Source of the DNA: an uncultured delta proteobacterium
GTDB taxonomy: Bacteria > Desulfobacterota > Binatia > Binatales > Binataceae
Direction of reading: 5' to 3'
Assembly (NCBI GenBank): GCA_963794325.1
Contig: CAWCDG010000009.1
Coordinates: 96,001 to 160,000, forward strand
DNA length: 64,000 nt
Position 1 is the stretch's first letter. Each line of letters starts with the position of its first letter. Below the pieces are notes generated by a model. That model was given only the letters and a program-made list of their open reading frames with translations. It was not told where the DNA came from and made no database searches. A program made the position numbers and the translations under genes. Shown one piece after another: positions 49,696 to 58,491 of the stretch.

Positions 49696-50235
49696 ATGCG
49701 AAACAAATCCAGCGGCAACACTATTTCCATATCGGAGACGAAATTGGCAACAAGAGTCATCGTGGCGTTCGCACTCGCGGGGGTCGCGCTTATCGGTTCC
49801 GGATGCATGGGCGATCAGATCGACGCCACCAACAAGCTGGTTCAACAGCAGCAGGAACAACTCGAGCATCAGCAACAGGAGCTCGAAGCCCTCCAGGCGA
49901 ACCAGAATCAAGGCTATACGCCGGGAGTCGCGAACTCGCCTCGGGGCGGATGCGACAAAGATGTCGAGACGGTCGCGAGCAAGCGCGGCGGGGACAACTT
50001 CGCGGCCGGCGACTTCAACAAGGCGCTCGGATACTACCAGGATGCGCTCATGGCCTGCCCGACCGATGAGCGCGCGGAGGTCAACGTCGCGCGCAGTTAC
50101 GAAGCGCTCGGCAACAAAGTCGCCGCCATCAACCTCTACCGAAAGGTGGCCGACAGCAACAGCCCCACCGTCAACGACGCCCAGGACGAAGCCAAGGCCG
50201 CACTCCTGCGCCTGCAAGCCGCCCGCATGCCCTGA
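49696..50235 (+). CDS. TPR-containing putative lipoprotein
   Basis: Lipobox GSGC, coiled coil, TPR-like helices. Confidence 0.65.
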   Translation: MRNKSSGNTISISETKLATRVIVAFALAGVALIGSGCMGDQIDATNKLVQQQQEQLEHQQQELEALQANQNQGYTPGVANSPRGGCDKDVETVASKRGGDNFAAGDFNKALGYYQDALMACPTDERAEVNVARSYEALGNKVAAINLYRKVADSNSPTVNDAQDEAKAALLRLQAARMP

Positions 50236-50406
50236 TTCTGATCCGTCGCCCGTTACTTCACGGGAGAGGCTAAGTGAGGGTTCTGCGACTCGAGCAGAAT
50301 CCCGGTTAGATCGTCGGTCATCGGCGCGTCTCTCGCCGGTTTGGTTCTACTCGGCGCGATCGTTAGATTTGATCATGGGGGCGACGCGCAGCCCTCCTCC
50401 TCTCCC

Positions 50407-51426
50407 ATGGACGGCAACGGCAATAACGAAACTCCCGAGATTACCGCCGCGCCGCGGCCGCGCCGGATCGCGATTCTCACCGCCGGCGGCGACGCTCCCG
50501 GGATGAACGCCGCGATCCGCGCCGTGGTCCGCAGAGCTGCAGTCGCGGGAATCGAGGTGATTGGATTCCGGCGCGGCTACGAGGGTCTAATCCGCGACCT
50601 CGCCGAGCCGCTCAGCGGACGCTCTGTCGCCAACATGATTCAGCGGGGCGGCACCTTCCTGGAAACTTCGCGCTCACCGGAGTTCCGCACGCCCGCCGCG
50701 CGCGGTCTGGCAGCCCGCAACCTGAAGCGCCACCAGATAGAGGCGCTGATCGTCGTCGGCGGCGAAGGCTCGATGATCGGCGCGACGGCCTTCGGCAGCG
50801 AGACCGGCGTTCCGGTATTCGTGATACCGGCGTCGATCGACAACGACATCCCCGGCACCGACTACTCGATCGGCTTCGATACCGCGGTCAACACCGCCCT
50901 CGACGCTATCGACCGAATCCGCGACACCGCATTCGCCTACGAGCGCGTCTTCTGCGTCGAGGTGATGGGCCGCGATTCAGGCTTCATCGCGATCGCGGTC
51001 GCGCTCGGCGGAGGCGCCGAGGCAGTTATCGTGCCGGAAATCCCGTTCAACCTCGACGACATCTGCGATCGCGTCGAGGACAGCCATCGCCGCGGCAAAC
51101 GCTCGACCATCGTCGTCGTGTCGGAGGGTCCGCGCACCGGCGGCGTAATCCCGGTCGCCGACGCCCTGACCGCGCGGCTCGGGATGCAGGCGCGGGTCGT
51201 CGTGCTCGGCCACGTGCAGCGCGGCGGAGCGCCCACCGCTCGTGACCGGCTACTGGCGAGCCGGATGGGCGCGGGCGCCGTAAACGCAATCCTCGACGGT
51301 GCCGGCCCTTCGCTCATCGGAGAGGAAGGGGGCAAAATCGTCCGCGTCCCGCTGGGCGATGTCGCCAACAAGCGCCGCCCCCTCGACCCCTCCCTGATCG
51401 AATTGGTTCATCAACTGTCCACCTGA
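50407..51426 (+). CDS. pfkA: ATP-dependent 6-phosphofructokinase
   Basis: 'TAGGDAPGMNAAIR', 'IDNDI.GTD..IGFDTA', 'VEVMGR', 'LGHVQRGG'. Confidence 0.93.
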   Translation: MDGNGNNETPEITAAPRPRRIAILTAGGDAPGMNAAIRAVVRRAAVAGIEVIGFRRGYEGLIRDLAEPLSGRSVANMIQRGGTFLETSRSPEFRTPAARGLAARNLKRHQIEALIVVGGEGSMIGATAFGSETGVPVFVIPASIDNDIPGTDYSIGFDTAVNTALDAIDRIRDTAFAYERVFCVEVMGRDSGFIAIAVALGGGAEAVIVPEIPFNLDDICDRVEDSHRRGKRSTIVVVSEGPRTGGVIPVADALTARLGMQARVVVLGHVQRGGAPTARDRLLASRMGAGAVNAILDGAGPSLIGEEGGKIVRVPLGDVANKRRPLDPSLIELVHQLST

Positions 51427-51450
51427 ACCCGCATCGCTATTTTTCGCCGA

Positions 51451-51496
51451 AGAACCTAACCCCTAACCCCTTCCCGAGCGGGAAGGGGAACCGGAT
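51451..51496 (-). repeat. REP-like hairpin + TTAGGGGTTAGG tail
   Basis: Reverse complement matches 54346-54391 with one mismatch. Confidence 0.85.
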
Positions 51497-51739
51497 TACG
51501 GAGAGGGAATAATCCGCACGCCCATCCAGTCCGTATTTCCATATGACCGGACGCACCAAAGCACCGCTCCCGAGCCGGCATCATCCACGATGCAAAAAAG
51601 AATCGCCACCGGGAACCAATGGTTCACCTCGATGGTTAACAGGGCGCATGGGGACCGTCTCATCGCAGTCGATGAGAGTCCGGTCGGGAGCCAGCCGGAT
51701 ACGCTCCCGAGGACGCTAACGCCCCGCGGGGTTTTGCAA

Positions 51740-52195
51740 ATGTCTGAAGGCTTTCAGCTGGCTTCCGATACCGCAGTCGAGCGCTTCGTCGGCTTCAACC
51801 AGATTCTTCCCAGCCAATACTACGACGTTTCCGGCGGCCATCATCTGACCGGCGAACAGCGCCTGATGCTCGCGCTGCTGGCCGACGCGATCAACGTCTA
51901 CCAGCAGGGCGTCCTCTCGCGAAATACCCGCAAGCGCCTGCTCTTCATCGATGCCGAGCGATGGATAACGGCGAGCGCGAAGTGCCGCCACGCATTCAGT
52001 TTCGACACCGTGTGCGACGCGCTCGGCATCAACCCCAGCGCGCTGCGCCGCCGGATGATGGCCTGGAAGCATCAACTCCGCCGCAATCTCGAACCGCGCG
52101 CCAGCGCGCCGCACTTGCGGCTCAAAATCACCCCGCGCAACAAGCACCTGAGCCAGCGCCGCAACCGCAGCCAAGTAACGATTCCAGCGTTCTGA
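51740..52195 (+). CDS. Conserved hypothetical protein ('ILPSQ..GEQRLMLA.L.DA' family)
   Basis: 'AERWI', 'FSF..VC.ALGI.P..LR'; possible HTH-like C-terminus. Confidence 0.7.
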   Translation: MSEGFQLASDTAVERFVGFNQILPSQYYDVSGGHHLTGEQRLMLALLADAINVYQQGVLSRNTRKRLLFIDAERWITASAKCRHAFSFDTVCDALGINPSALRRRMMAWKHQLRRNLEPRASAPHLRLKITPRNKHLSQRRNRSQVTIPAF

Positions 52196-52241
52196 CGATC
52201 ACCCTCTCGCTAGCACAAAAGCGTGGTGATCGTTCCAAGCA

Positions 52242-52287
52242 AACCTAACCCCTAACCCCTTCCCTCGAGGGAAGGGGAACAATCGCG
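52242..52287 (-). repeat. REP-like hairpin + TTAGGGGTTAGG tail
   Basis: Reverse complement of 48458-48503. Confidence 0.85.
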
Positions 52288-52359
52288 ATGAGCGGACCGC
52301 CGCCTTCTCCCTCAAACCTGAGAGCAAAATGGCGTCTTCGCCATTTTGCGATTCTCACC

Positions 52360-52439
52360 GGGTGCAGGGGTCACCCCTGCCGCGGAAGCGTGAAACCCGC
52401 GAAGGGTTTCACATTCAATAAAGTGATTTCCCCTTCCCC
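52360..52439 (+). repeat. Left arm of about 80-bp inverted repeat
   Basis: GGGTGCAGGGGTCACCCCTGCC + hairpin + ATT..AAGTGAT..CCCTTCCC; mirror at 54253-54332. Confidence 0.75.
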
Positions 52440-52513
52440 ACCCCGCGCCTCTCGCCAACGCTCCTCAACAGTGCGATAAATCCAAACGAACCCCTCTGGA
52501 GGATGTTTCTACT

Positions 52514-53293
52514 TTGAAGAACCCATTCAGTGTCGAAGGCAAAGTTACGATTGTGACCGGCGGCGGTACCGGAATCGGCGAGTCGATTGCAAAAGAGTTC
52601 GCAGCGCGTGGAGCGCCGGTGCTGATCGCCAGCCGCAAGGTCGAGAACCTCGAGCGCGTCCGGGACGAGATTCGCAAGGCCGGCGGCAAATGCGAGATGA
52701 CCCCGGTTGACGTCCGCGACGCCGATCAATGCGACAAGATGGTTGCCGAGGCGGTCAAGCATTTCGGCCGCCTCGACGTGCTGATCAACAACCATGGCGC
52801 CAGTATCACGACGCCGTCGATGACCCTATCGCCCAACGGATGGCGTGCGGTGGTCGGGATCAATCTCGACGGCGTCTTCTTCTGCTCGAAGGCAGCTGCC
52901 CGCCAGTTCATCGAGCAGAAGAGTCCCGGCTCGATCGTCAATATCTCATCGACCGCGGGCGTGCATGGATCGCCCACGATGCTTCCGTACGGCGCGGCGA
53001 AGGCCGGGGTCATCAACCTGACCGTATCGCACGCCGGCGAATGGGGTCCGGCGGGAATCCGCGTCAACTGTATCGCGCCCGGCCCGATCGACACCGAAGG
53101 CGCGGCGCCGCGCGTATGGCCGAATCCGAAAGTCAAAGAGATGGTCGCGCGATCGCGCGCGCTCCAGCGCTTCGGCCGCGTCGAGGAAATCGCGTATCCA
53201 TGTATCTTCCTGGCGTCGGACGCATCGAGCTACGTCACCGGCTCCCTGCTGATAATCGACGGCGGCGAAGGCATGATGCGTCTGGGCGGGTAA
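52514..53293 (+). CDS. SDR family oxidoreductase
   Basis: 'TGGGTGIG', 'YGAAKAG', 'NCIAPGPI'. Confidence 0.92.
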   Translation: MKNPFSVEGKVTIVTGGGTGIGESIAKEFAARGAPVLIASRKVENLERVRDEIRKAGGKCEMTPVDVRDADQCDKMVAEAVKHFGRLDVLINNHGASITTPSMTLSPNGWRAVVGINLDGVFFCSKAAARQFIEQKSPGSIVNISSTAGVHGSPTMLPYGAAKAGVINLTVSHAGEWGPAGIRVNCIAPGPIDTEGAAPRVWPNPKVKEMVARSRALQRFGRVEEIAYPCIFLASDASSYVTGSLLIIDGGEGMMRLGG

Positions 53294-53355
53294 GTGGACA
53301 AACCGCTCGTTCAACAGTAAATAACGTCTCGACCAGGTCGAGAGAGGTTGATTCA

Positions 53356-53814
53356 ATGGCTGATAAAAGCGCGGTCGGAAAGACCGGCAAACCATTCAAG
53401 ATGCACGTCGATTGGAGCAAGGTGCGCGAGTTCGCCCGCGCGATCAAAGATCCCAACCCGCTCTACTTTGATACCGAGCTCGCGAAGAAAGAAGTCGGCG
53501 GAGTGCCGGTGCCGGTCACGTTCCTGCAGACCAGCGCATTCTGGACCGACGAGACCTCCAGCCCCGGCTTCGGCGGCTTCGATCTGCGCCGTATCCTGCA
53601 CGGCGAGCAGGAGTTCGAGTTCTTCAAGCCGATCTTCGTCGGCGACACTCTGACCGGTGTCACCAAAGTCGCCGACGTGCTCGAGAAGGAAGGCGGCCGC
53701 GGCGGCAAGATGACGCTACTGATCACGGAGACCGAGTACACCAATCAGAAGGGCGAGAAAGTTGCTCTTGCGCGCTCGACCCTGATCGAGACAGGACAAG
53801 CAGTCAAAGCTTAA
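53356..53814 (+). CDS. MaoC-like dehydratase N-terminal (hot-dog) protein
   Basis: 'KVREFARAI.D.NPLY', 'LHGEQEF....PI..GD.L'. Confidence 0.88.
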   Translation: MADKSAVGKTGKPFKMHVDWSKVREFARAIKDPNPLYFDTELAKKEVGGVPVPVTFLQTSAFWTDETSSPGFGGFDLRRILHGEQEFEFFKPIFVGDTLTGVTKVADVLEKEGGRGGKMTLLITETEYTNQKGEKVALARSTLIETGQAVKA

Positions 53815-53832
53815 CTCGAGACGGTGAAAAAA

Positions 53833-54252
53833 ATGCCAAAATTGAAATACGATTCAGTCAAAGTCGGCGACGAAATTCCTAAAATCGAAATCAAAGGCGT
53901 AACCCGTCCTGATTTCGTGCGCTACGCGGGCGCATCCGGCGACTTCGTTCCGCTGCATTACGATCAGACCTTCGTCGAGGCCGCCGGCATCCCAACCGTG
54001 TTCGCGCAGGGGATGTTCACGGCGGGCCTGCTCTCGAAGGCCGTGACCGACTACGTCGGAATCGGCAACGTGCGCCGCTTCCAGGTCCGCTTCGCAACGC
54101 GCGTATGGCCGGGCGACGTCGTCACCTGCACCGGCAAAGTCACCAACAAAATCGAGAAAGACGGCGAGAAGCAGATCGAGGGCGACCTGATCGTTCTGAA
54201 TCAAAAAGGCGAGCCCGCGATCAAAGGCAGCTTCCGGGCGGCATGCGCGTGA
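53833..54252 (+). CDS. MaoC family dehydratase
   Basis: 'YAGASGDF.PLH.D', 'QGM', 'VWPGD'. Confidence 0.9.
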   Translation: MPKLKYDSVKVGDEIPKIEIKGVTRPDFVRYAGASGDFVPLHYDQTFVEAAGIPTVFAQGMFTAGLLSKAVTDYVGIGNVRRFQVRFATRVWPGDVVTCTGKVTNKIEKDGEKQIEGDLIVLNQKGEPAIKGSFRAACA

Positions 54253-54332
54253 GGGAAGGGTAGATCACTTAACTTAATGCGGAACCCACCGTGGGTTCCG
54301 CACCTCCCTGGGCAGGGGTGACCCCTGCACCC
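54253..54332 (-). repeat. Right arm of about 80-bp inverted repeat
   Basis: 22-bp exact reverse complement (54311-54332) of 52360-52381, plus homologous hairpin and tail. Confidence 0.75.
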
Positions 54333-54345
54333 AATGTTTTTACAG

Positions 54346-54391
54346 ATCCGGTTCCCCTTCCCGCCCGGGAAGGGGTTAGGGGTTAGGTTCT
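54346..54391 (+). repeat. REP-like hairpin + TTAGGGGTTAGG tail
   Basis: ATCCGGTTCCCCTTCCCGCCCGGGAAGGGGTTAGGGGTTAGGTTCT. Confidence 0.85.
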
Positions 54392-54510
54392 TCGCGCGTG
54401 CGCGCGATCGCCCATGACCGCGGGTCTTTTGAGATGCCGCGCTTCCTACTAAGATGTCCCCTCATAAGAATTAACTTCCTGTCGGTGCAGATCGGTATAA
54501 GGGGCTCGCG

Positions 54511-55671
54511 ATGGTGCCGATTCGCTACAACATTCGCAGCGTCATCGAGCGGCGCGCCACGTCGCTGATGACGATTCTCGGCGTCGCGCTGGTCTCGATG
54601 ATCTTCATCATCGTTTTCGGATTTTCCGCCGGACTGAAGCAGTCGCTCCTCAATTCCGGCGAAGATCGCAACGTGATCGTCCTCGCGCGCGGCGTGACCA
54701 ACGAGAACGAGAGCTTTGTTCCTCACTCGGCAACCGAGATTCTCCGGGTGCGTCCGGAAATCGCCACCGATCAACACCATCAGCCATTGCTGTCGCGCGA
54801 AAGTATCGCCGGTGTGAACGTCAGCCGGACCCGAGGCGCCAAGGAATTCGCCCTGCTGCGCGGCGTCGAGCCAATCGCCTACGAAGTGCATCCGAACCTT
54901 CATCTGGTCGAGGGACACTGGCCGGTGCGCGGCAATGGCGAGTGGGTGGTTGGGCGACGGCTCTTTTCACGCTTCCCGTATCTGCAGCCCGGCACGACTT
55001 TTCACTTTGAGCATCGCGATTGGAAGATCGTCGGTGTGTTTACCGACAACGACAGCGCGCGCGAATCGGAACTCTGGACTGACCTCGACGACCTAATCAA
55101 CAACTTTCACTGGGACGCCGGCGGCGCCTCCGCTCTGCACGTGGTGTTGAATCCCGGCAGCGCGGCCGAATTTGCGCAGGCAATCAAGTCCGACGGCCGC
55201 CTCACGCTGCAAAGCGAAACCGAAACCGAGTACTACGCCGCGCAAGCCTCGGTGGTGGGACAACTACGATTGCTCGGGTTGATCGTGGCGCTGGCGCTGG
55301 CGCTTGGCGCGATGTTCGGTGGCATGAACACGATGTACACCGCGGTGACCCGGCGCGGGCGCGAGATCGGCGTGCTGCGCGTGCTGGGATTCTCACGTGG
55401 CAACATCCTCACCAGCTTCGTGATCGAGAGCGTCATCCTCGGCCTCGCGGGCGGCGTGGCCGGCGTCGTGCTCGCGACCGCGGTGGCGTGGGCGACGGGA
55501 TTGACCAGCCGCACGATGAGCGTAGGCGCGATGTTTTTTTCGTACCGTCCGACCGTGGGCGCTCTCGCGGCTGGTGTCATAGTGTCCGCGATAATCGGTG
55601 TCGCGGGCGGCCTGATGCCGGCGCTGCGCGCCTCGCGCGTCGGCATCATCAGCGCGCTGCGGGAGGCCTGA
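54511..55671 (+). CDS. MacB/FtsX-type ABC transporter permease
   Basis: 'YN.RS...R', 'MNTMY.AV..R.REIG.LR.LGF'. Confidence 0.88.
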   Translation: MVPIRYNIRSVIERRATSLMTILGVALVSMIFIIVFGFSAGLKQSLLNSGEDRNVIVLARGVTNENESFVPHSATEILRVRPEIATDQHHQPLLSRESIAGVNVSRTRGAKEFALLRGVEPIAYEVHPNLHLVEGHWPVRGNGEWVVGRRLFSRFPYLQPGTTFHFEHRDWKIVGVFTDNDSARESELWTDLDDLINNFHWDAGGASALHVVLNPGSAAEFAQAIKSDGRLTLQSETETEYYAAQASVVGQLRLLGLIVALALALGAMFGGMNTMYTAVTRRGREIGVLRVLGFSRGNILTSFVIESVILGLAGGVAGVVLATAVAWATGLTSRTMSVGAMFFSYRPTVGALAAGVIVSAIIGVAGGLMPALRASRVGIISALREA

Positions 55672-55673
55672 CG

Positions 55674-56840
55674 ATGGCGGCCAAGCTACTGACAATCGCT
55701 TTCCGCAATATGAGCCGCCAGCTCCGGCGCACGATCCTCACCGGGATGACCTTTGCCATCGCGGTGTTCATCTACACGGTGCTGGTCGCGGTGCCGTGGT
55801 CGATGGATCGAATCGCCAACAACGCCTCGAAGGAACTCCGCCTGGTGGTGACCGAGCGCAACAACGGCCGGTTGCCCGCGCGCTACTGCGGTCCAATCAA
55901 GAAGCTGGAGCATGTGATGGGATGCGCGCCCGAAATCGTCTGGGGCGCCGTTTATCGCAATCCCAAGGACCCGATAATCGCTTACGGAATCAATGGCGAT
56001 ATCCAGAGCATCACCGGCAGTAGCGACTTCCAGTTATCGGCAGACCGATCGAAGCTAATGCAAACCGACCGCCGCAGCGCGCTGATCGGATACATGCTGA
56101 TGCGCGAGAACGGATGGAAACTCGGCGAGCCGCTCACCCTGCGCAACCCCGACGATGCGAGGCTCACGCTGACCTTCATCCCCATCGTCGAGTTCCCGAC
56201 CGAGTACATGGCGCGAACGTTTTTGTTCGATCGCAGGATGCTGGACGACGCGGTGAAGAAAGTTTACGGCGCCGATATCGCGGACCGCGCGTCGTTCATC
56301 GTGGTCAAGGTCGATCGCGTCGAGAACATGGGATTGGTGGCCAACGAAATCGACGAGAACTTCCACAACTCCGACGCCGAAACCGAAACGACCACCGAGT
56401 CCGATTCGGTCGCCAATGTCGTCAGCGCAATCGGTAACATCCGCACCATCATCTACAGCTTGTGTCTGGTGGTGATGCTGACGGTGTTGCTGATCGCCGC
56501 CAACTCGATGGCGATGATGGTGCGCGACCGAATCAGCGAAGTGGCGGTGATGCGCGCGCTCGGCTTCACGCGCACCCACATCGCGGTTCTCCTGTTCGCT
56601 GAGGCCGCGCTGATTGGGCTCATCGGATCGATGGTCGGCGCCGGGCTCGCCCTCGTGGTATTCGCGCACGGTATCCGGCTCGGCGAGATAACCGGGATGC
56701 TGGGCTATCTGCAAGTGCGTCCCGAGACAGCAGCCGCCGCGGTTGCGACGGCGGTCCTGGTGAGCCTGGTAAGCGCGCTGGGCCCTGTGATCCGCGCGAT
56801 GCGGGTCGTCCCGGCAATGGCCTTCCGCGAAATCGTTTGA
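55674..56840 (+). CDS. MacB/FtsX-type ABC transporter permease
   Basis: 'RN..R..RRT.LT', 'N.MAM.VR.R..E.AVMRALGF'. Confidence 0.88.
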   Translation: MAAKLLTIAFRNMSRQLRRTILTGMTFAIAVFIYTVLVAVPWSMDRIANNASKELRLVVTERNNGRLPARYCGPIKKLEHVMGCAPEIVWGAVYRNPKDPIIAYGINGDIQSITGSSDFQLSADRSKLMQTDRRSALIGYMLMRENGWKLGEPLTLRNPDDARLTLTFIPIVEFPTEYMARTFLFDRRMLDDAVKKVYGADIADRASFIVVKVDRVENMGLVANEIDENFHNSDAETETTTESDSVANVVSAIGNIRTIIYSLCLVVMLTVLLIAANSMAMMVRDRISEVAVMRALGFTRTHIAVLLFAEAALIGLIGSMVGAGLALVVFAHGIRLGEITGMLGYLQVRPETAAAAVATAVLVSLVSALGPVIRAMRVVPAMAFREIV

Positions 56841-57006
56841 GCCCCTTGTGGATGAAATTGTTGAACAATTGTGGACTGTTAGCAGCCCTGCGGTCACTTT
56901 CTGCTTGATTAGCTGAGCCGAATCCGCCAAAGAAGACAAATTAGCTTGACTGTTAGACCGGTGGGTGGGCTATCGGAGCCCGGCCCGGAGGCGCAACATA
57001 TTTTTA

Positions 57007-58461
57007 ATGGGTGAACCTCGGCACATTATTATCCACGGGCATTTTTATCAGCCTCCGCGCGATAGCCCGTGGACTGGTTTGATCAGCCCCGAGCATGGCG
57101 CGGCGCCGTTTCAGAATTGGAACGAGCGGATTCTCAGCGAGTGCTACACCGCCAATGCGCATGCGCACACGATGCAGGGCCCCGTCGTTCATGTTCGCAA
57201 CAATTACGAGTCGACCAGCTTCGATGTCGGTCCGACGCTCGCCGGATGGCTCCAGACGCACGGCAAGACTGCGTATCGCGCTATGATTCGTGGCGACGCG
57301 CTGTATGCCGAGGCGCATGGCGGCCATGGCAACGCGATCGCGCAATCGTACAGCCATTCGATTCTGCCGCTCCTGCCGCCCCGCGACCGCGAGTTGCAGA
57401 TCGTATGGGGTATCGAGGATTTCGTTTTTCGTTTTGGTCGCAAGCCGGTCGGGATGTGGCTGCCGGAATGCGCTGCCGATGAGGATACGTTGGCGTCGGT
57501 CGCGGCGGCAGGAATCCAGTTCGTGATCCTTGCTACGGACCAGGGAAATTTTAAAGGCGCCGGCGCAGAGTCGCGAGATGCAGGACCGTTCCAATGGCGC
57601 AGCGGAGATTTGAGCCTCGCGGTATTTCGATTCGATCGCGAATTGTCCAATACAGTTTCTTTCGGCGAAGGATTGGCCGACGGCGCGCGGCTGGCGGAAT
57701 GGATCGCGGTCACTGCGCTCAACCTTGAACCCGGCGCCGCGCTGATGATTGCGACCGACGGCGAGACGTTTGGCCATCACAATAAACACGGCGCATCCGA
57801 GTTGGCGCGCGCGCTGCGTGCGCTCGAAGAACGCGACGACGTGATCGTCACGAATTGCGAGGATTACCTCGCGGCGCATCCGCCCGCGGGGTCGTTCGAG
57901 ATTCCTTCGGCCACGTCGTGGAGCTGCGCGCACGGTATCGAGCGGTGGCGCTCGAACTGCGGATGCCGCAATGAGGCGGGCACGTCGCAGGAATGGCGCA
58001 AGCCGTTTCGCGAGGCGATGGATTTCGTGAAGTACCATTCCGAGGCGACCTATGACCGCTTCGCGCCGGCTCTCGTAAAAGACCCGGGCGCAATTTTGCG
58101 CGGCGCAATCCGCTTGCTGATCGATCCGAATCCCGCGGTTCACGAAGAAACCTTCAAGCGCTTCAGCGTGACCACCGAGTACAGTCGCGAGACTCTGCTC
58201 CGGATGTTCGAAATGGTCCGCGCGGGACAGGCGGCGCTAACCAGCTGTGCGTGGTTCTTCGACGATTTCGGCGGCCTGGAAGGGCGCGTCGCACTCCGAT
58301 GGGCCGCGCGCACCGTCGAGCTCGCGGCCGAGCACTCGGCGAGTGTCGAAAATGAACTGCTCGAGCGGCTGCGCGGGATCAATTCGAATCGCCGCGAAAA
58401 TGGCGACGCCGCAACTCTGTACCTGAGCTTGAAAACGCGCGAAGCTCGCGGTCGCGTGTAG
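57007..58461 (+). CDS. Glycoside hydrolase family 57 / DUF3536 protein
   Basis: 'IHGHFYQPPR', 'WNERI..ECY', 'GMWLPE', 'ATDGETFGHH', 'SWSC.HG.ERW..NCGC'. Confidence 0.9.
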   Translation: MGEPRHIIIHGHFYQPPRDSPWTGLISPEHGAAPFQNWNERILSECYTANAHAHTMQGPVVHVRNNYESTSFDVGPTLAGWLQTHGKTAYRAMIRGDALYAEAHGGHGNAIAQSYSHSILPLLPPRDRELQIVWGIEDFVFRFGRKPVGMWLPECAADEDTLASVAAAGIQFVILATDQGNFKGAGAESRDAGPFQWRSGDLSLAVFRFDRELSNTVSFGEGLADGARLAEWIAVTALNLEPGAALMIATDGETFGHHNKHGASELARALRALEERDDVIVTNCEDYLAAHPPAGSFEIPSATSWSCAHGIERWRSNCGCRNEAGTSQEWRKPFREAMDFVKYHSEATYDRFAPALVKDPGAILRGAIRLLIDPNPAVHEETFKRFSVTTEYSRETLLRMFEMVRAGQAALTSCAWFFDDFGGLEGRVALRWAARTVELAAEHSASVENELLERLRGINSNRRENGDAATLYLSLKTREARGRV

Positions 58462-58491
58462 TAATTCAAGGATAGGGACAGGTGCCCCGCG

